From the IMG/VR virus record IMGVR_UViG_3300037044_000156, positions 1-29,947 of that record: a stretch of DNA of 29,947 bases; one strand, 5' to 3'. Below are positions 1-9,347 of the stretch, piece by piece (positions within the stretch are counted from its first letter, which is position 1; every line of letters starts with the position of its first letter). Under the pieces are notes generated by a model. That model saw only the letters and a list, made by a program, of their open reading frames with translations. It was not told where the DNA came from and searched no databases. The position numbers and the translations under genes are program-made. The stretch is from a virus (lineage: Duplodnaviria; Caudoviricetes).

Positions 1-3000
1 GTAGCCAAGGTAAATGTGGGATGCAGAGAGGGCTCTCCGCCAGGACATAATAGTTCAGGTGAGTGCCACCCATCCTCGCTCTGATTGTCCACTCGACCGG
101 TAAGGACACCGCAACGGTAGCCAGTCCCGGCAGAGGTCGGTTCGTCTGCAGAACAGGGACAGTGTTTCCGCACGGATACGGCGGCACTAGAGACCCAATC
201 ATCGTTTTTGTATCAGTCGTCCGCGCAATGTCCCGGAATGCGTACCTGGTTCGCTCCGAAGAAGGTGAGGCAAGGTTGCATGTGCTTCGCCCCACGAGGA
301 ACTGCGGCCCAAGCTCCAGAGCGTCAACGTCAACTGCGATCCACTTGGTCTGACTTCGAGTGGAGATCTCGCACCTGGCGTAGTTGTGCGAGAGGACCTG
401 TACCATACCACCTTGGTACAACGGCAACGCAATTGCTGCTCCGTTGACCTCGACATCTTCCTTCTCGCCATCCTCGTTCTCAACCTTGATCTTGAGCGGC
501 TTGCCGGACGCATCGGTGAAGGTAACGGTCGGAATCTCGTCCTCGCGGATGTAGTGCGTCGCGCCGCGGGACAGGATGATGCCAGCGGGGATATCAGCAC
601 GGGGGATGGGCAGTCTGTCGTACGGCGGCTGGGCGCAGGGGCGCTCGCCTTCAGGAAGGGGCTTGACGCCCATCTCGGCGTACAGGTGCTCGATTGGCTT
701 CCATGGGCCCTTGATCCACCGGCTGTACTCGTCCGGCTGATAGCCCCACTCCTCCCACTTCGGCCGAGGCGGAAACAGTGCGGAGTCGCTGGTCATGTTG
801 AAGTCGCCCTGAGCGTAACGAATGCCCCAGCCCTTCTCGCTCTGGTCGCCAAGGAGGACCGAGTTCGAGTAGATCTTGGTCAGCACCGCCAGATCGCGCT
901 GCGACTGGATCTCCAGGATCGCCCGGCTCTTCGGCGAGAACTGGACCACCTGTTCGCGGGTGTAAAGGGTGATGAACTGCTCGGCCCGCTCCCAGTCGGC
1001 CAAGTCCCGCCGCATGAAGGCCGTGCGGATCGCCTGTGTCTGCCCGCCTTTGCGGACGATCACCGGGTTGAACTTGAACGACCGGTGGATGTCGAAGATT
1101 CCCTGACGGTTCTCGAAGCCGAACAGCCACTCCCACCGGCATTCATCGACGAACAGCCGCCGCAGTCCCCCGGTGCCGTGGTCGCTGTAGAGCCCGGACG
1201 GGACGATCAGCCCGAGCCGTCCATCATCGGCCAGCAGCGCATAGCTAAGCTCTAAGAACATCTTGTAGGTATGAGCCTTCCCTTCGCCCTGGTAGCGGAA
1301 CGCGTGCTCGGCATTCGCGCTATAGCCGGAGGTTTCCTCTCGCTTCTGTCGCCACTTCTGGTGCCGGCGTCTGGAGACATCGAAGCTGGCCCGGCCGCCT
1401 CCGCCGAGATTGAAGTCGTGTGCATATTTCGTCCTGCCCGTCCTCTTCTCGGTGGATTCGGTGACGCGATCACCAAAGGCAAAGCCAGCGTATTTCAGCC
1501 AGTTGCCCATCGCCTTGAACTGCGCACAGTAGTTCAGCCACTTACGCTCGATCACTTCGTCCTGTTTAAAGCAGTCACGTTGCTTCAGAACGGCCTCTTG
1601 CTTGCCATAGCTCCGGTAAAGGGGATCGTGGGCCGAGAAGAACTCCTTTGATACAGGTTGAAGGGTATCCCACGGCGGATTGCCCAAGATGGCATGGAAA
1701 CCCCCGCAGGAGGCGTTGAACACGTCAGGGAACTCCAACTCCCAGTGGAAGAACAGATGCTGTCTGTCGAGTTGGTGAACGATCTCCCATGTTCCCTCCG
1801 GGATGCGGCCCTCGGCGTAGTCGTGGGGGAGGGGCGCCTGGTCGAGCTGATCGGCGGGCCAGAACCACAGGGCGCACCACAGGTCCATGGCATCCTTGAG
1901 CCGCCGGAAGCTCGGATCCCTTCGCAGGGCATCGTACTTGGCCGCCCGCTCGGGCGCCTGGACGATTCCCATCTCGTGGATTTCCTTGAGGGCCGCTTCG
2001 GCATGATCGTGCCCGGTGCGGACCTCGCTCAGGTCCATGAGGTAGAGCAGGCGCTGGCCATCAATATAGTCGATCAGCTCCGTCTTGACGTCGCCCTTGC
2101 GCGAGCGAATGGCCCGGGTCCAGGTGTCCTTGTCGTGGTGGACGCCGTTCTCGTGGTTGAAGTCCCCGCCATCGCGATCCCAGGCCATGGCTGGGTAGTG
2201 CAGGAACTGGTCGAGCCACGTGCCTACGAGGCTGTTGCCCGGCCTGATCTTGTGCTTCAGGAACGTCAGCGGCAGGTTACGGTCCAATGTCTCGATCCAC
2301 AGCGACAGCCGGCACAGCTCCACCGCCAGCGGATCGAGATCCACGCCATAGATGCAGCGCTCAACGACGTAGCGGCGCAGAAGCGCCTTGGTCTGCGGCT
2401 CGAACTCGTCATCGTCCGGCCGGCAACGCAGCGATTCGTCGCAGAGCTGGGGCTGGTTGTTCTTGTCGCGGATCAGGTCGAGGACGGACCGGCCGGCATG
2501 GTCCCGGACACGGTCGTGCCTGATGAGCGACTCGTAGAGGGCGTTCGTGAGGAAACGTAGGGCGGCCAGACAGAACGACCCTGAGCCGCAGGCCGGGTCG
2601 CAGACCTTCAGACCCAGGATCTCCTCGGGCTTCTTCGGTGTCCACTCCTCGGACGGGGCGTCCAGGTTGGGCTGACCATCGGCACCTTGAGGCGGAGCGT
2701 ACGCCAGCGGCCGTAGCGTCCGGTGCGCGGTGGGGATAGCCAGTTGCGGCCGCGTGTAGAACGTGCCTGAACCCTTGCGGGTGCCGCCCCAGCGGACCAG
2801 GTACCATTCTCCCGGCAGGACCACCTTGGCGATGAGCTGGCGCGCCTTGCTGTCGATCGCCCGCTCGTACTGCATACGTGCCTCGGGCGTCATCCGGCCG
2901 CGAGGCTTCTTGACCAGCCCGCCTACCTGGCAGGCGCGCTTGGCCCAGGCCAGCGCCCGGGTCTGCAAGGTGAAGCGGCTGTCGTCGGGCTGGGCGTCAT

Positions 3001-4549
3001 CCGGCTGCTCCTCGGCCGCCTCGTCTTCCGACTCATCCTCTTCGGTGGGCTCTTCTTCCCCTTCATCCGGCTCATCGTCAGAACCATCATCCGCGGCCGA
3101 GTCATCCACATCGCCCGCATCCGGTTTCTTCTTTTTGGCCTCCTCCTTCACCTTCTCGAGCAGGTCCTTCAGCGCTTTGTCCGACATTTCCTCCAGTGCG
3201 GTCAACGGCAGTGCCGGTTGGTTGCCGATGGCGAGGAAAATGACGGGTACCTCGGTGGCTGCGCAGCGGAGATCGAAGTCGAGCAGACCCTCGTAGAGGA
3301 TGCCTATGTACTCGCTATCGAGGCTGGAGAAGTCGACGGGGGCCGTGACTCGTGTGCTGGCGCGTCCCTGCCGGATGCGGACCTGGGTCCGAGTCAGAAG
3401 GTCGAGGATCTGCCATACCTGACGGTCGTTCATCAGGTCGGCCTCAAAGCAGGCTGTCTCGAACAGGTGAAGGGCCCGTTGTACGCCGTCATCGCTGTGA
3501 GTGTTCCCACCAGCGAATATCTCGCCGCCGTAGGCCGGCACCGGCATGGCCTCATGGCTCGAGCCTCGGGAAATCAGCTGGAGCAGCGAGAGGATACGCG
3601 GCCAGGCGGCGAAACCGGCATCCAGCTTGTAGGTGCTCGTGCCTTGCAGGATCTCGCGCAGCCCGTGGAGGCTGTATGCGCTGTAGTAGACCGGGTTGTC
3701 CCGGGGCAGGAGGCCCTCACGGCTCTCGGCGAACAGCACCACTACCAGCCGCATGATCATTCGCACGGCGGCGTGGTAGATGTCCTTGGGTTCCAGGTTG
3801 GCATACTGCTGGTCCAGGGCGGTGGTATGCGCCTGGATCAGCAGCTCGGCGGCCTGGCGGACGCGCTCGCCGAGGACCTGCGACAGGTCGGCCTGGCCTT
3901 TGCGGCTCTCGTTGACGGAGGCTGCCAGTGGGCAGGCAGCCTTCGGCTGGGGCGGAATCCACATGTCCGGCCGCAACAGCGCCCGGAATCCTGCGAATTC
4001 CGTTGTGGTAGTTCCCTCGGCGAGCCACTGATCGATTTCCCATTCGCAAAAGGCGTCGTAGTCCAGGCCCGCGAAGGCGAGGCGCCACTGGAACCCGTTG
4101 GTTACGATGGCCAGGGGGCAGTTCGACTGCCGAAGCCACTGCAATGCCTGCGAGCAGATCCTTTTGCCGCGGCCGACGCCGAGGCGCTTCTGGTCGTCAA
4201 TGAATACCGGCAGAACTGCGCTGTTCCGGCTCAACCACAGATGGCTGGGCCTGATGGCCTCGCCTGTCAGTCCCCGCCTGGTCCATTTCGTCTCCACCTT
4301 GCTGCCGCGGTACCAGTCACCGGAGCCGGGTAGGACTCCGCAGGTCTTCTCCAGGACGAACTTGACGAACTCGCTGCGTTTCTCATCGGGGGCGTTCCGG
4401 AAGGCCGTGAGCTCCCGCCGGAGCCGGTCCTGCTGGTACTCCGCCAGCGGCTCCGGCAGGCTTGGCACCAGGTCGCTCAGTCGCTGGGCGTCCAGCAGCA
4501 TGCCGCCGTGCCGCAGACTGTTCCACCACTGGAGGTGCTCGGCATTCAT
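1..4549 (-). CDS. drmMI: Large N6-adenine DNA methyltransferase (type IIG/Eco57I-like architecture), DISARM DrmMI-like; 3' end beyond left edge
   Basis: Manually translated from ATG at 4549 (ATGA overlap with drmD stop): MNAEHLQWWNSLRHGG...; contains TNGFQWRL, GTFYTRP, motif I DPACGSGSF (~2570-2600), motif IV GNPPW (~1670-1685) and a C-terminal FRDIART...RARMGGTHLNYYVL target-recognition-type region. I found no stop down to base 2. Not in the ORF track because it is open at the window edge. Confidence 0.88.
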   Translation of the reverse strand, partial: MNAEHLQWWNSLRHGGMLLDAQRLSDLVPSLPEPLAEYQQDRLRRELTAFRNAPDEKRSEFVKFVLEKTCGVLPGSGDWYRGSKVETKWTRRGLTGEAIRPSHLWLSRNSAVLPVFIDDQKRLGVGRGKRICSQALQWLRQSNCPLAIVTNGFQWRLAFAGLDYDAFCEWEIDQWLAEGTTTTEFAGFRALLRPDMWIPPQPKAACPLAASVNESRKGQADLSQVLGERVRQAAELLIQAHTTALDQQYANLEPKDIYHAAVRMIMRLVVVLFAESREGLLPRDNPVYYSAYSLHGLREILQGTSTYKLDAGFAAWPRILSLLQLISRGSSHEAMPVPAYGGEIFAGGNTHSDDGVQRALHLFETACFEADLMNDRQVWQILDLLTRTQVRIRQGRASTRVTAPVDFSSLDSEYIGILYEGLLDFDLRCAATEVPVIFLAIGNQPALPLTALEEMSDKALKDLLEKVKEEAKKKKPDAGDVDDSAADDGSDDEPDEGEEEPTEEDESEDEAAEEQPDDAQPDDSRFTLQTRALAWAKRACQVGGLVKKPRGRMTPEARMQYERAIDSKARQLIAKVVLPGEWYLVRWGGTRKGSGTFYTRPQLAIPTAHRTLRPLAYAPPQGADGQPNLDAPSEEWTPKKPEEILGLKVCDPACGSGSFCLAALRFLTNALYESLIRHDRVRDHAGRSVLDLIRDKNNQPQLCDESLRCRPDDDEFEPQTKALLRRYVVERCIYGVDLDPLAVELCRLSLWIETLDRNLPLTFLKHKIRPGNSLVGTWLDQFLHYPAMAWDRDGGDFNHENGVHHDKDTWTRAIRSRKGDVKTELIDYIDGQRLLYLMDLSEVRTGHDHAEAALKEIHEMGIVQAPERAAKYDALRRDPSFRRLKDAMDLWCALWFWPADQLDQAPLPHDYAEGRIPEGTWEIVHQLDRQHLFFHWELEFPDVFNASCGGFHAILGNPPWDTLQPVSKEFFSAHDPLYRSYGKQEAVLKQRDCFKQDEVIERKWLNYCAQFKAMGNWLKYAGFAFGDRVTESTEKRTGRTKYAHDFNLGGGGRASFDVSRRRHQKWRQKREETSGYSANAEHAFRYQGEGKAHTYKMFLELSYALLADDGRLGLIVPSGLYSDHGTGGLRRLFVDECRWEWLFGFENRQGIFDIHRSFKFNPVIVRKGGQTQAIRTAFMRRDLADWERAEQFITLYTREQVVQFSPKSRAILEIQSQRDLAVLTKIYSNSVLLGDQSEKGWGIRYAQGDFNMTSDSALFPPRPKWEEWGYQPDEYSRWIKGPWKPIEHLYAEMGVKPLPEGERPCAQPPYDRLPIPRADIPAGIILSRGATHYIREDEIPTVTFTDASGKPLKIKVENEDGEKEDVEVNGAAIALPLYQGGMVQVLSHNYARCEISTRSQTKWIAVDVDALELGPQFLVGRSTCNLASPSSERTRYAFRDIARTTDTKTMIGSLVPPYPCGNTVPVLQTNRPLPGLATVAVSLPVEWTIRARMGGTHLNYYVLAESPLCIPHLPWL

Positions 4550-7500
4550 CGAGCACCTCCTTTCGGTTCAGGAAGCCAGATCTCTACGGCTACCGGGAAG
4601 ATCTGTGCTTCGCCTCGCATAGCGAATCGCCGCGGCAGGAGCACGTTGACGATCCGCTTGCGCTCGTCCGCCAGTTGCTTGCGCACCTCTTCATAGTGGT
4701 CCTTGCGCCGCTCCAGCTCCTGCTGCTTGGCTTCGATCGAACGATCCAGTTCGTCCAGATCGAACGGCGACTCGAAGAGATGGCCCTGACGGCGCTTCTG
4801 CTTGAGCTGGCTGATCTCGCGCTCAATCTTGGCCAGCGTGTTTTCGGCGATCAGAGAGGACACTTCGCCCTGGCGGCTCTGGTAGCGGCGATCTTCCTCC
4901 TTGCGGGCAGCCTCGCCATCGGCCGCGAGTTGCTCGCGGAGCTTCGCGGTAAGGTCCGACCGACGCTGTTTGACGAAATCCTGCAAGTCGATGTCGAGAT
5001 CGCTCAGGATGTCACGGGCCAAGTCCACCTGGTCCAGGCAAGGCTTGCTGCCGCGGTGTTCGATGGCGGGCATGTGCTCCAGGGCTTGACCGAGTTTGCC
5101 CGCCGCTACCGGAATCCTGTACGTTTGCACCCAGTGGTGGAAACTCTCCCGAAGATCGTTGACCGCCAGCTCCTCGACGTGCAGAAGGAGCAACGCATCT
5201 GCACCGGGAGGAACGTCCCCGTACCGTGCCGTCCAGCGAGATACCGCATTCTGCCCCGGAAACCGGCGGCGGGTAAGAGCGCCCGTGGCCTTCTGCACCA
5301 GCGGATGGTTCAGGTGCAGCATCAGGGTATCAACCCGTGGCCGAAACACGGTGCGCTGGCCAACAGGCGTTATGAACGGCTTCGGGCTGAACGTCAGCTT
5401 GGGCACCGGCCCGAGCGCGCCGCCTGTCAGCTTCCTGCGGATGGCCTCGTTGATCGTGTCGCTCCAGCCCGGCAGGCTTGGGTTGCAGATCTCGAACCGC
5501 TCAAGCTCGTCCGGCTCGGTCAGCTGCGGTCGGCCCACACCCATCGCCATCGCGGTCTCGAGTGTGTCGCGGCCGGCAAGCGGGTCCAGGTCCAATTCGT
5601 CGGACAGGGCACGGAGTCGTTCGCCAAGGCTGGCCTCGCCATCGGCGGCTATGGCGTCGTCGGCCTCCACCTGCACGGCCTGGCACATCTCTTCGATCTG
5701 TACGTCCAGCGCCTGCTGGACCTCTGCGGCGTTTTCGCCTTCGATCAACCGGCGGTGCGTGGCCTCATCGAAGAGCTCGCCCGTGGCCCCCAGGTCCTCC
5801 CGGATCTGGTGCACCTTGCCGATGAGGTAGGCCATGAACTTGAGGTCGGCGTCCTGCTCGCTGGCGAAGTGGTGCACGTACACATCCCGGCCCTGACCGT
5901 GACGGTCGAGGCGACCATTTCGCTGCTCAAGCCGCGAGGGGTTCCACGGGCAGTCATAGTGGAGGAGATGCCTGGCGGTACTCTGGAGGTTGAGACCCTC
6001 GGAGGCTGCGTCCGTTGCCAGCAGGATGCGGACCTTGTGCACAGGATCGTTGAACGCGTCCTTGATCTGCTCACGCTCCGGGTCATCCATGCCGCCGTAG
6101 AGGCACAGGATACGGTCCTCGTCCTGCGGGAATCGCTGGCGCAGGCGGCGCAGCAGGTAATCGAGGGTGGTCTTGTATTCGGTGAAGACGACCAGTCGCT
6201 CATCATCCGCCCATCGGCCTTTCGGGCGGAGCAGGCTTTCGATGAGATCGCAGAGAGCGTCGAAGCGGGCGTCCACCTTGGGGTCCTGCGGGATCACGTC
6301 CTTCTCGAGCGAGACACCCAGCTGGCGTGCGGCGGCATCGATATCTTCGATCTCCTGCTGCACATCGGCGACCAAGGCCTTCAGCCAGGCGCCGATCACG
6401 GCTGCCGCCGTGGTCTCCTTCTGCTGCGCCTCGCGGTCATCGTCCGTATCTTCCTCGACGGCCCGACTGACGGTCACCACATCGGAATCCCGAGCAGCCT
6501 CCTCTTCCTGTAGTCCGAGCTTGCAGCGGCGCCAGGACTCGAGAAACGTCATCGGGCCGCTGAGCATCCGCTTGCCAAGGATCTCAATGGCGAACCGACC
6601 GGCCATCCGCCGCTGTTTGGAGGCGCTGGCGATGATCGATCTGACCTTGGTTCGGAAAGATTCGTATGCCTGTACCAGCATCAGTTCCGGGGGCTGCGCG
6701 TGGAGTAGGATTGCCTGCGGAGGCTGTCTCGTGCAGAACGGTGGCGGGCTGGTGCGCTCGTTGATCTCGCGTTTGAGTCGGCGAATGACGACCTGCTTGA
6801 TGCGTTCCTTTTCGGCCGGCCGAAGCTCGTCCGTCCGGCTGAACCGCACAGGATCGAGCATCTCCAGCAGGCCGGTGAATGATCGCGTATGGCCGTTATG
6901 AGGCGTGGCTGTCAGGAAGAGCCGGTGTTCGAACTGTGGCGCGATGCAGCGAAGCGTGCGGCACAGCTGGCTATCCTCGCCGAACGAAGCTGGCATAAGG
7001 TTGTGAACTTCGTCCACGATCAGCAGGTCCCACGGCAGGTGGGGCGAACCCTCAGGTGAGCTGCAGGCGGCACGAAACTGGTCCAGAACATCCATCTGTC
7101 GCAGGTAGTGATACGACGAGATGATCCTCGATCGGCAACGCCACGGGTTGGCGTCGATGCCGAGGGTGCGTTTCAACTTCAGCGTGGAATCGTGGTCGAT
7201 GACATCGAACGGCAGCGAGAACTTCGACCACATCTCGTCGCGCCACTGGATCCGCAGGGACGCCGGCGTGAGGATCAGGACCCGGTTGACCCGCCGGCGG
7301 ATCAGCAGTTCGCTCAGGATCAGACCGGCTTCGATTGTCTTACCCAGCCCAACGTCGTCGGCCACCATGAGATTGACCCGAGGCATCCGGAGGGCCTTTA
7401 AGAGCGGGACCAGCTGGTAATCATCGACCTCGACCGCCCCATGAAAGGGTGACGAGACCGGCAGTCGCTCTAGTGGACCACTAGCATCCGGATCAAGGTA

Positions 7501-7812
7501 GGGGCTGATGGCTGTCCACCGGGCCGCCCGCACCAGGGCATTGAAGTCCGCGGCAGGCATGGGCGGGTCGCCCGCCGATGGCAGTGCGTTCGGTTCGAGA
7601 ACGCGAGGCGAAATCTCCAGCTCCCAGATCAGATCCTCGGTGACAGGCCGCTGATCATCCTTATAGTCGACGCGGACGAGGTGGAGTCGGCCATCCTGAC
7701 CGTCGAACTCCCGAACTTCGCTGATTATGCCCCGTCTCTTGCGGACAATGGCGAGCATGCCGACACGCGGAAGCGCTGTACGTTGAGTATTGGTGCCAAT
7801 ACTGGATGCCAC
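4546..7812 (-). CDS. drmD: SNF2-family helicase, DISARM DrmD-like
   Basis: Walker A ADDVGLGKT, DEVHN, TATPH, RLEQRNGRLDRHGQ; the LLKALRMPRVNLMVADDVGLGKTIEAG block is typical of DrmD; coupled to a large adenine MTase. GTG at 7812 follows a GAGG RBS (track start 7848 is also in frame). Confidence 0.88.
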   Translation of the reverse strand: MASSIGTNTQRTALPRVGMLAIVRKRRGIISEVREFDGQDGRLHLVRVDYKDDQRPVTEDLIWELEISPRVLEPNALPSAGDPPMPAADFNALVRAARWTAISPYLDPDASGPLERLPVSSPFHGAVEVDDYQLVPLLKALRMPRVNLMVADDVGLGKTIEAGLILSELLIRRRVNRVLILTPASLRIQWRDEMWSKFSLPFDVIDHDSTLKLKRTLGIDANPWRCRSRIISSYHYLRQMDVLDQFRAACSSPEGSPHLPWDLLIVDEVHNLMPASFGEDSQLCRTLRCIAPQFEHRLFLTATPHNGHTRSFTGLLEMLDPVRFSRTDELRPAEKERIKQVVIRRLKREINERTSPPPFCTRQPPQAILLHAQPPELMLVQAYESFRTKVRSIIASASKQRRMAGRFAIEILGKRMLSGPMTFLESWRRCKLGLQEEEAARDSDVVTVSRAVEEDTDDDREAQQKETTAAAVIGAWLKALVADVQQEIEDIDAAARQLGVSLEKDVIPQDPKVDARFDALCDLIESLLRPKGRWADDERLVVFTEYKTTLDYLLRRLRQRFPQDEDRILCLYGGMDDPEREQIKDAFNDPVHKVRILLATDAASEGLNLQSTARHLLHYDCPWNPSRLEQRNGRLDRHGQGRDVYVHHFASEQDADLKFMAYLIGKVHQIREDLGATGELFDEATHRRLIEGENAAEVQQALDVQIEEMCQAVQVEADDAIAADGEASLGERLRALSDELDLDPLAGRDTLETAMAMGVGRPQLTEPDELERFEICNPSLPGWSDTINEAIRRKLTGGALGPVPKLTFSPKPFITPVGQRTVFRPRVDTLMLHLNHPLVQKATGALTRRRFPGQNAVSRWTARYGDVPPGADALLLLHVEELAVNDLRESFHHWVQTYRIPVAAGKLGQALEHMPAIEHRGSKPCLDQVDLARDILSDLDIDLQDFVKQRRSDLTAKLREQLAADGEAARKEEDRRYQSRQGEVSSLIAENTLAKIEREISQLKQKRRQGHLFESPFDLDELDRSIEAKQQELERRKDHYEEVRKQLADERKRIVNVLLPRRFAMRGEAQIFPVAVEIWLPEPKGGAR

Positions 7813-7950
7813 TGTACTACCTCTCATCCCAACCCTAGATCGCCACATAAATGGCTTGTTGCCCTATACTTATGCGGCTTCACGTCTGCATGCGTTGGGC
7901 TTGAATAGCCCGGACAGGATGCCCTCCGGTCCGGCCGGAGAGACAGAATC

Positions 7951-7979
7951 ATTAGACAGCTGACATGCATTACTGTCAA
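7951..7979 (-). promoter_or_regulatory. Candidate sigma70 promoter for drmD with overlapping TGACA-N8-TGTCA palindrome
   Basis: Minus strand reads TTGACA-17 nt-TCTAAT; plus strand 7961-7978 is TGACA tgcattac TGTCA, overlapping the -35. The -10 has a mismatch at the conserved A. Confidence 0.45.
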
Positions 7980-8096
7980 TCAGAACCATGCATACGGATC
8001 CAGCAATAAGCCTCGGCGTATAAAGCGATTAGGTATCGGAACTCGATGGCACTGTTCCACCCGATTGTAGATGCCAGTCGATGACGTGGATCCAGA

Positions 8097-8462
8097 TCAA
8101 TTGCCCTCCAGAGCGAGGCCCTTGGCCTGGAGATTGCGGCGGATCTGCTGGTTCCTGGCCACGTACTCCGCCTCCAGCCGAGCGTCCTCGACCGGATTCC
8201 CGGAGCAGATGCGCATCGCCATCAATGCCTCGAGCGTCTGCTCGTCGCCGTTCTCGTAGAGTCGGACGTGGCGATCGTTGGTCATTCGGCGGCAAGCGTA
8301 GTAGTCCAGATACTCGCCGCGCTCGTCCCGGCCGAACAGGTACCAGATGGTCCAGCCGGCCTGGACGATCCTGCCGCGCCGGCGGTGCCTAACGTTCTCC
8401 TCGGGCAAAGTGATGTCCCAGTGCGCGAATTTTCTGGCAAAGTTGTCTGCAATTCGTTCCAT
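8097..8462 (-). CDS. Hypothetical protein (121 aa, aromatic-rich, GWTIWYLFG / YLDYYA..RMTNDRH motifs)
   Basis: GAGGGAG RBS before ATG; globular-looking composition; same strand as drmD, directly upstream of it. Confidence 0.75.
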   Translation of the reverse strand: MERIADNFARKFAHWDITLPEENVRHRRRGRIVQAGWTIWYLFGRDERGEYLDYYACRRMTNDRHVRLYENGDEQTLEALMAMRICSGNPVEDARLEAEYVARNQQIRRNLQAKGLALEGN

Positions 8463-8527
8463 GACTCCCTCAAGCCTGCAAACAGGCTATGATCCGGCCA
8501 CTTGCGAATCATGCACTGTAGCTATGA

Positions 8528-8545
8528 CAGGTGCGGTCGCACCTG
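8528..8545. promoter_or_regulatory. Palindrome CAGGTGCG-GT-CGCACCTG in divergent intergenic region
   Basis: Perfect 8-bp inverted repeat between divergently transcribed genes; function inferred only. Confidence 0.35.
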
Positions 8546-8662
8546 CTCGACTTGCCACGGATGGTGGCTGGAGAGACCATGCTCGACATAGCGATGATGA
8601 AGCTGCAACGCGCCTAAATCACGCCAGCCAAGGTCCCGGACAGCTGCAACGAAGTAGACGCC

Positions 8663-9073
8663 ATGACAGAAGAGCAGCAGATGTGGATTGAGCGCGCTTT
8701 GAGCAACCAAAACATCTGGGGTGTCAGGAAGGCACGGCAGTACCTGAAGGAATTGGTGGAGAAATCAGAGGGCCGTTGCCGGTGGACTGGCCTCCCGCTG
8801 AAGTTCGATCGCGTGAGCGGTACGGGGCGGCGAGATCCTCTGGCCGCGGTGATCGAACACCGACAGCCCGGCGACAACTGCGAGGGCCACGACATCGTCT
8901 GCAGCTACATCAACCAGATGAAGGGCTGCCTGCCGTGGAAGGTCTGGTGGGCACTGGCAGGGACAACGGAGTTCCAGGAGTGGATGTCTGGCCTGAGGGC
9001 GGAGTATGAGCAGACGGGTACGCTGGCGCATCCCAGGATACGAGCCACTCCCCAAGCTCACACGGATACGTGA
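8663..9073 (+). CDS. Small HNH-like (bba-Me) endonuclease
   Basis: GRCRWTG...AAVIEH..P...IVCSYINQMKG matches the HNH pattern C..TG / (D/E)H / C..N..KG. Confidence 0.7.
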   Translation: MTEEQQMWIERALSNQNIWGVRKARQYLKELVEKSEGRCRWTGLPLKFDRVSGTGRRDPLAAVIEHRQPGDNCEGHDIVCSYINQMKGCLPWKVWWALAGTTEFQEWMSGLRAEYEQTGTLAHPRIRATPQAHTDT

Positions 9074-9347
9074 CCCGGTGCTGAAGGCCAGGCAGGCATT
9101 TGCAGCCGCGCTCCGGTTTTGTGGCTCCGGCACGACCAGGCGGGGCGGACAAAGCCCGTTCCCATGGCGGACTTCGGGCAAACAGGCTCTGCTCGCTCAT
9201 CTTTATATGTTCAGCTTCCGCACGGTACTGGGCCGACGGTCGGCACCTTACCGGAGCCGGTCAGGCTGCCGATGATGCCGCCGCAGTCGCTAGCCGGTTC
9301 ACGCTGTGGCTGGCCCTGCCGGCGCCGTAGCACTGCCTCATTCGACG

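Larger units (their letters stand above)
8478..9188. repeat. 11-bp direct repeat GCAAACAGGCT (8478-8488 and 9178-9188) flanking the HNH gene
   Basis: Identical 11-mers exactly 700 bp apart, read directly from the sequence. Confidence 0.7.

Noticed and set aside
55-110. Suspected frameshift near the methyltransferase 3' end
   Set aside because: Re-reading shows SLPVEWTIRARMGGTHLNYYVL in one continuous frame.
386-6513. Long plus-strand ORFs (386-1255, 1658-2560, 3218-4333, 4462-6513)
   Set aside because: In-register antisense shadows of the methyltransferase and drmD; no motifs of their own.
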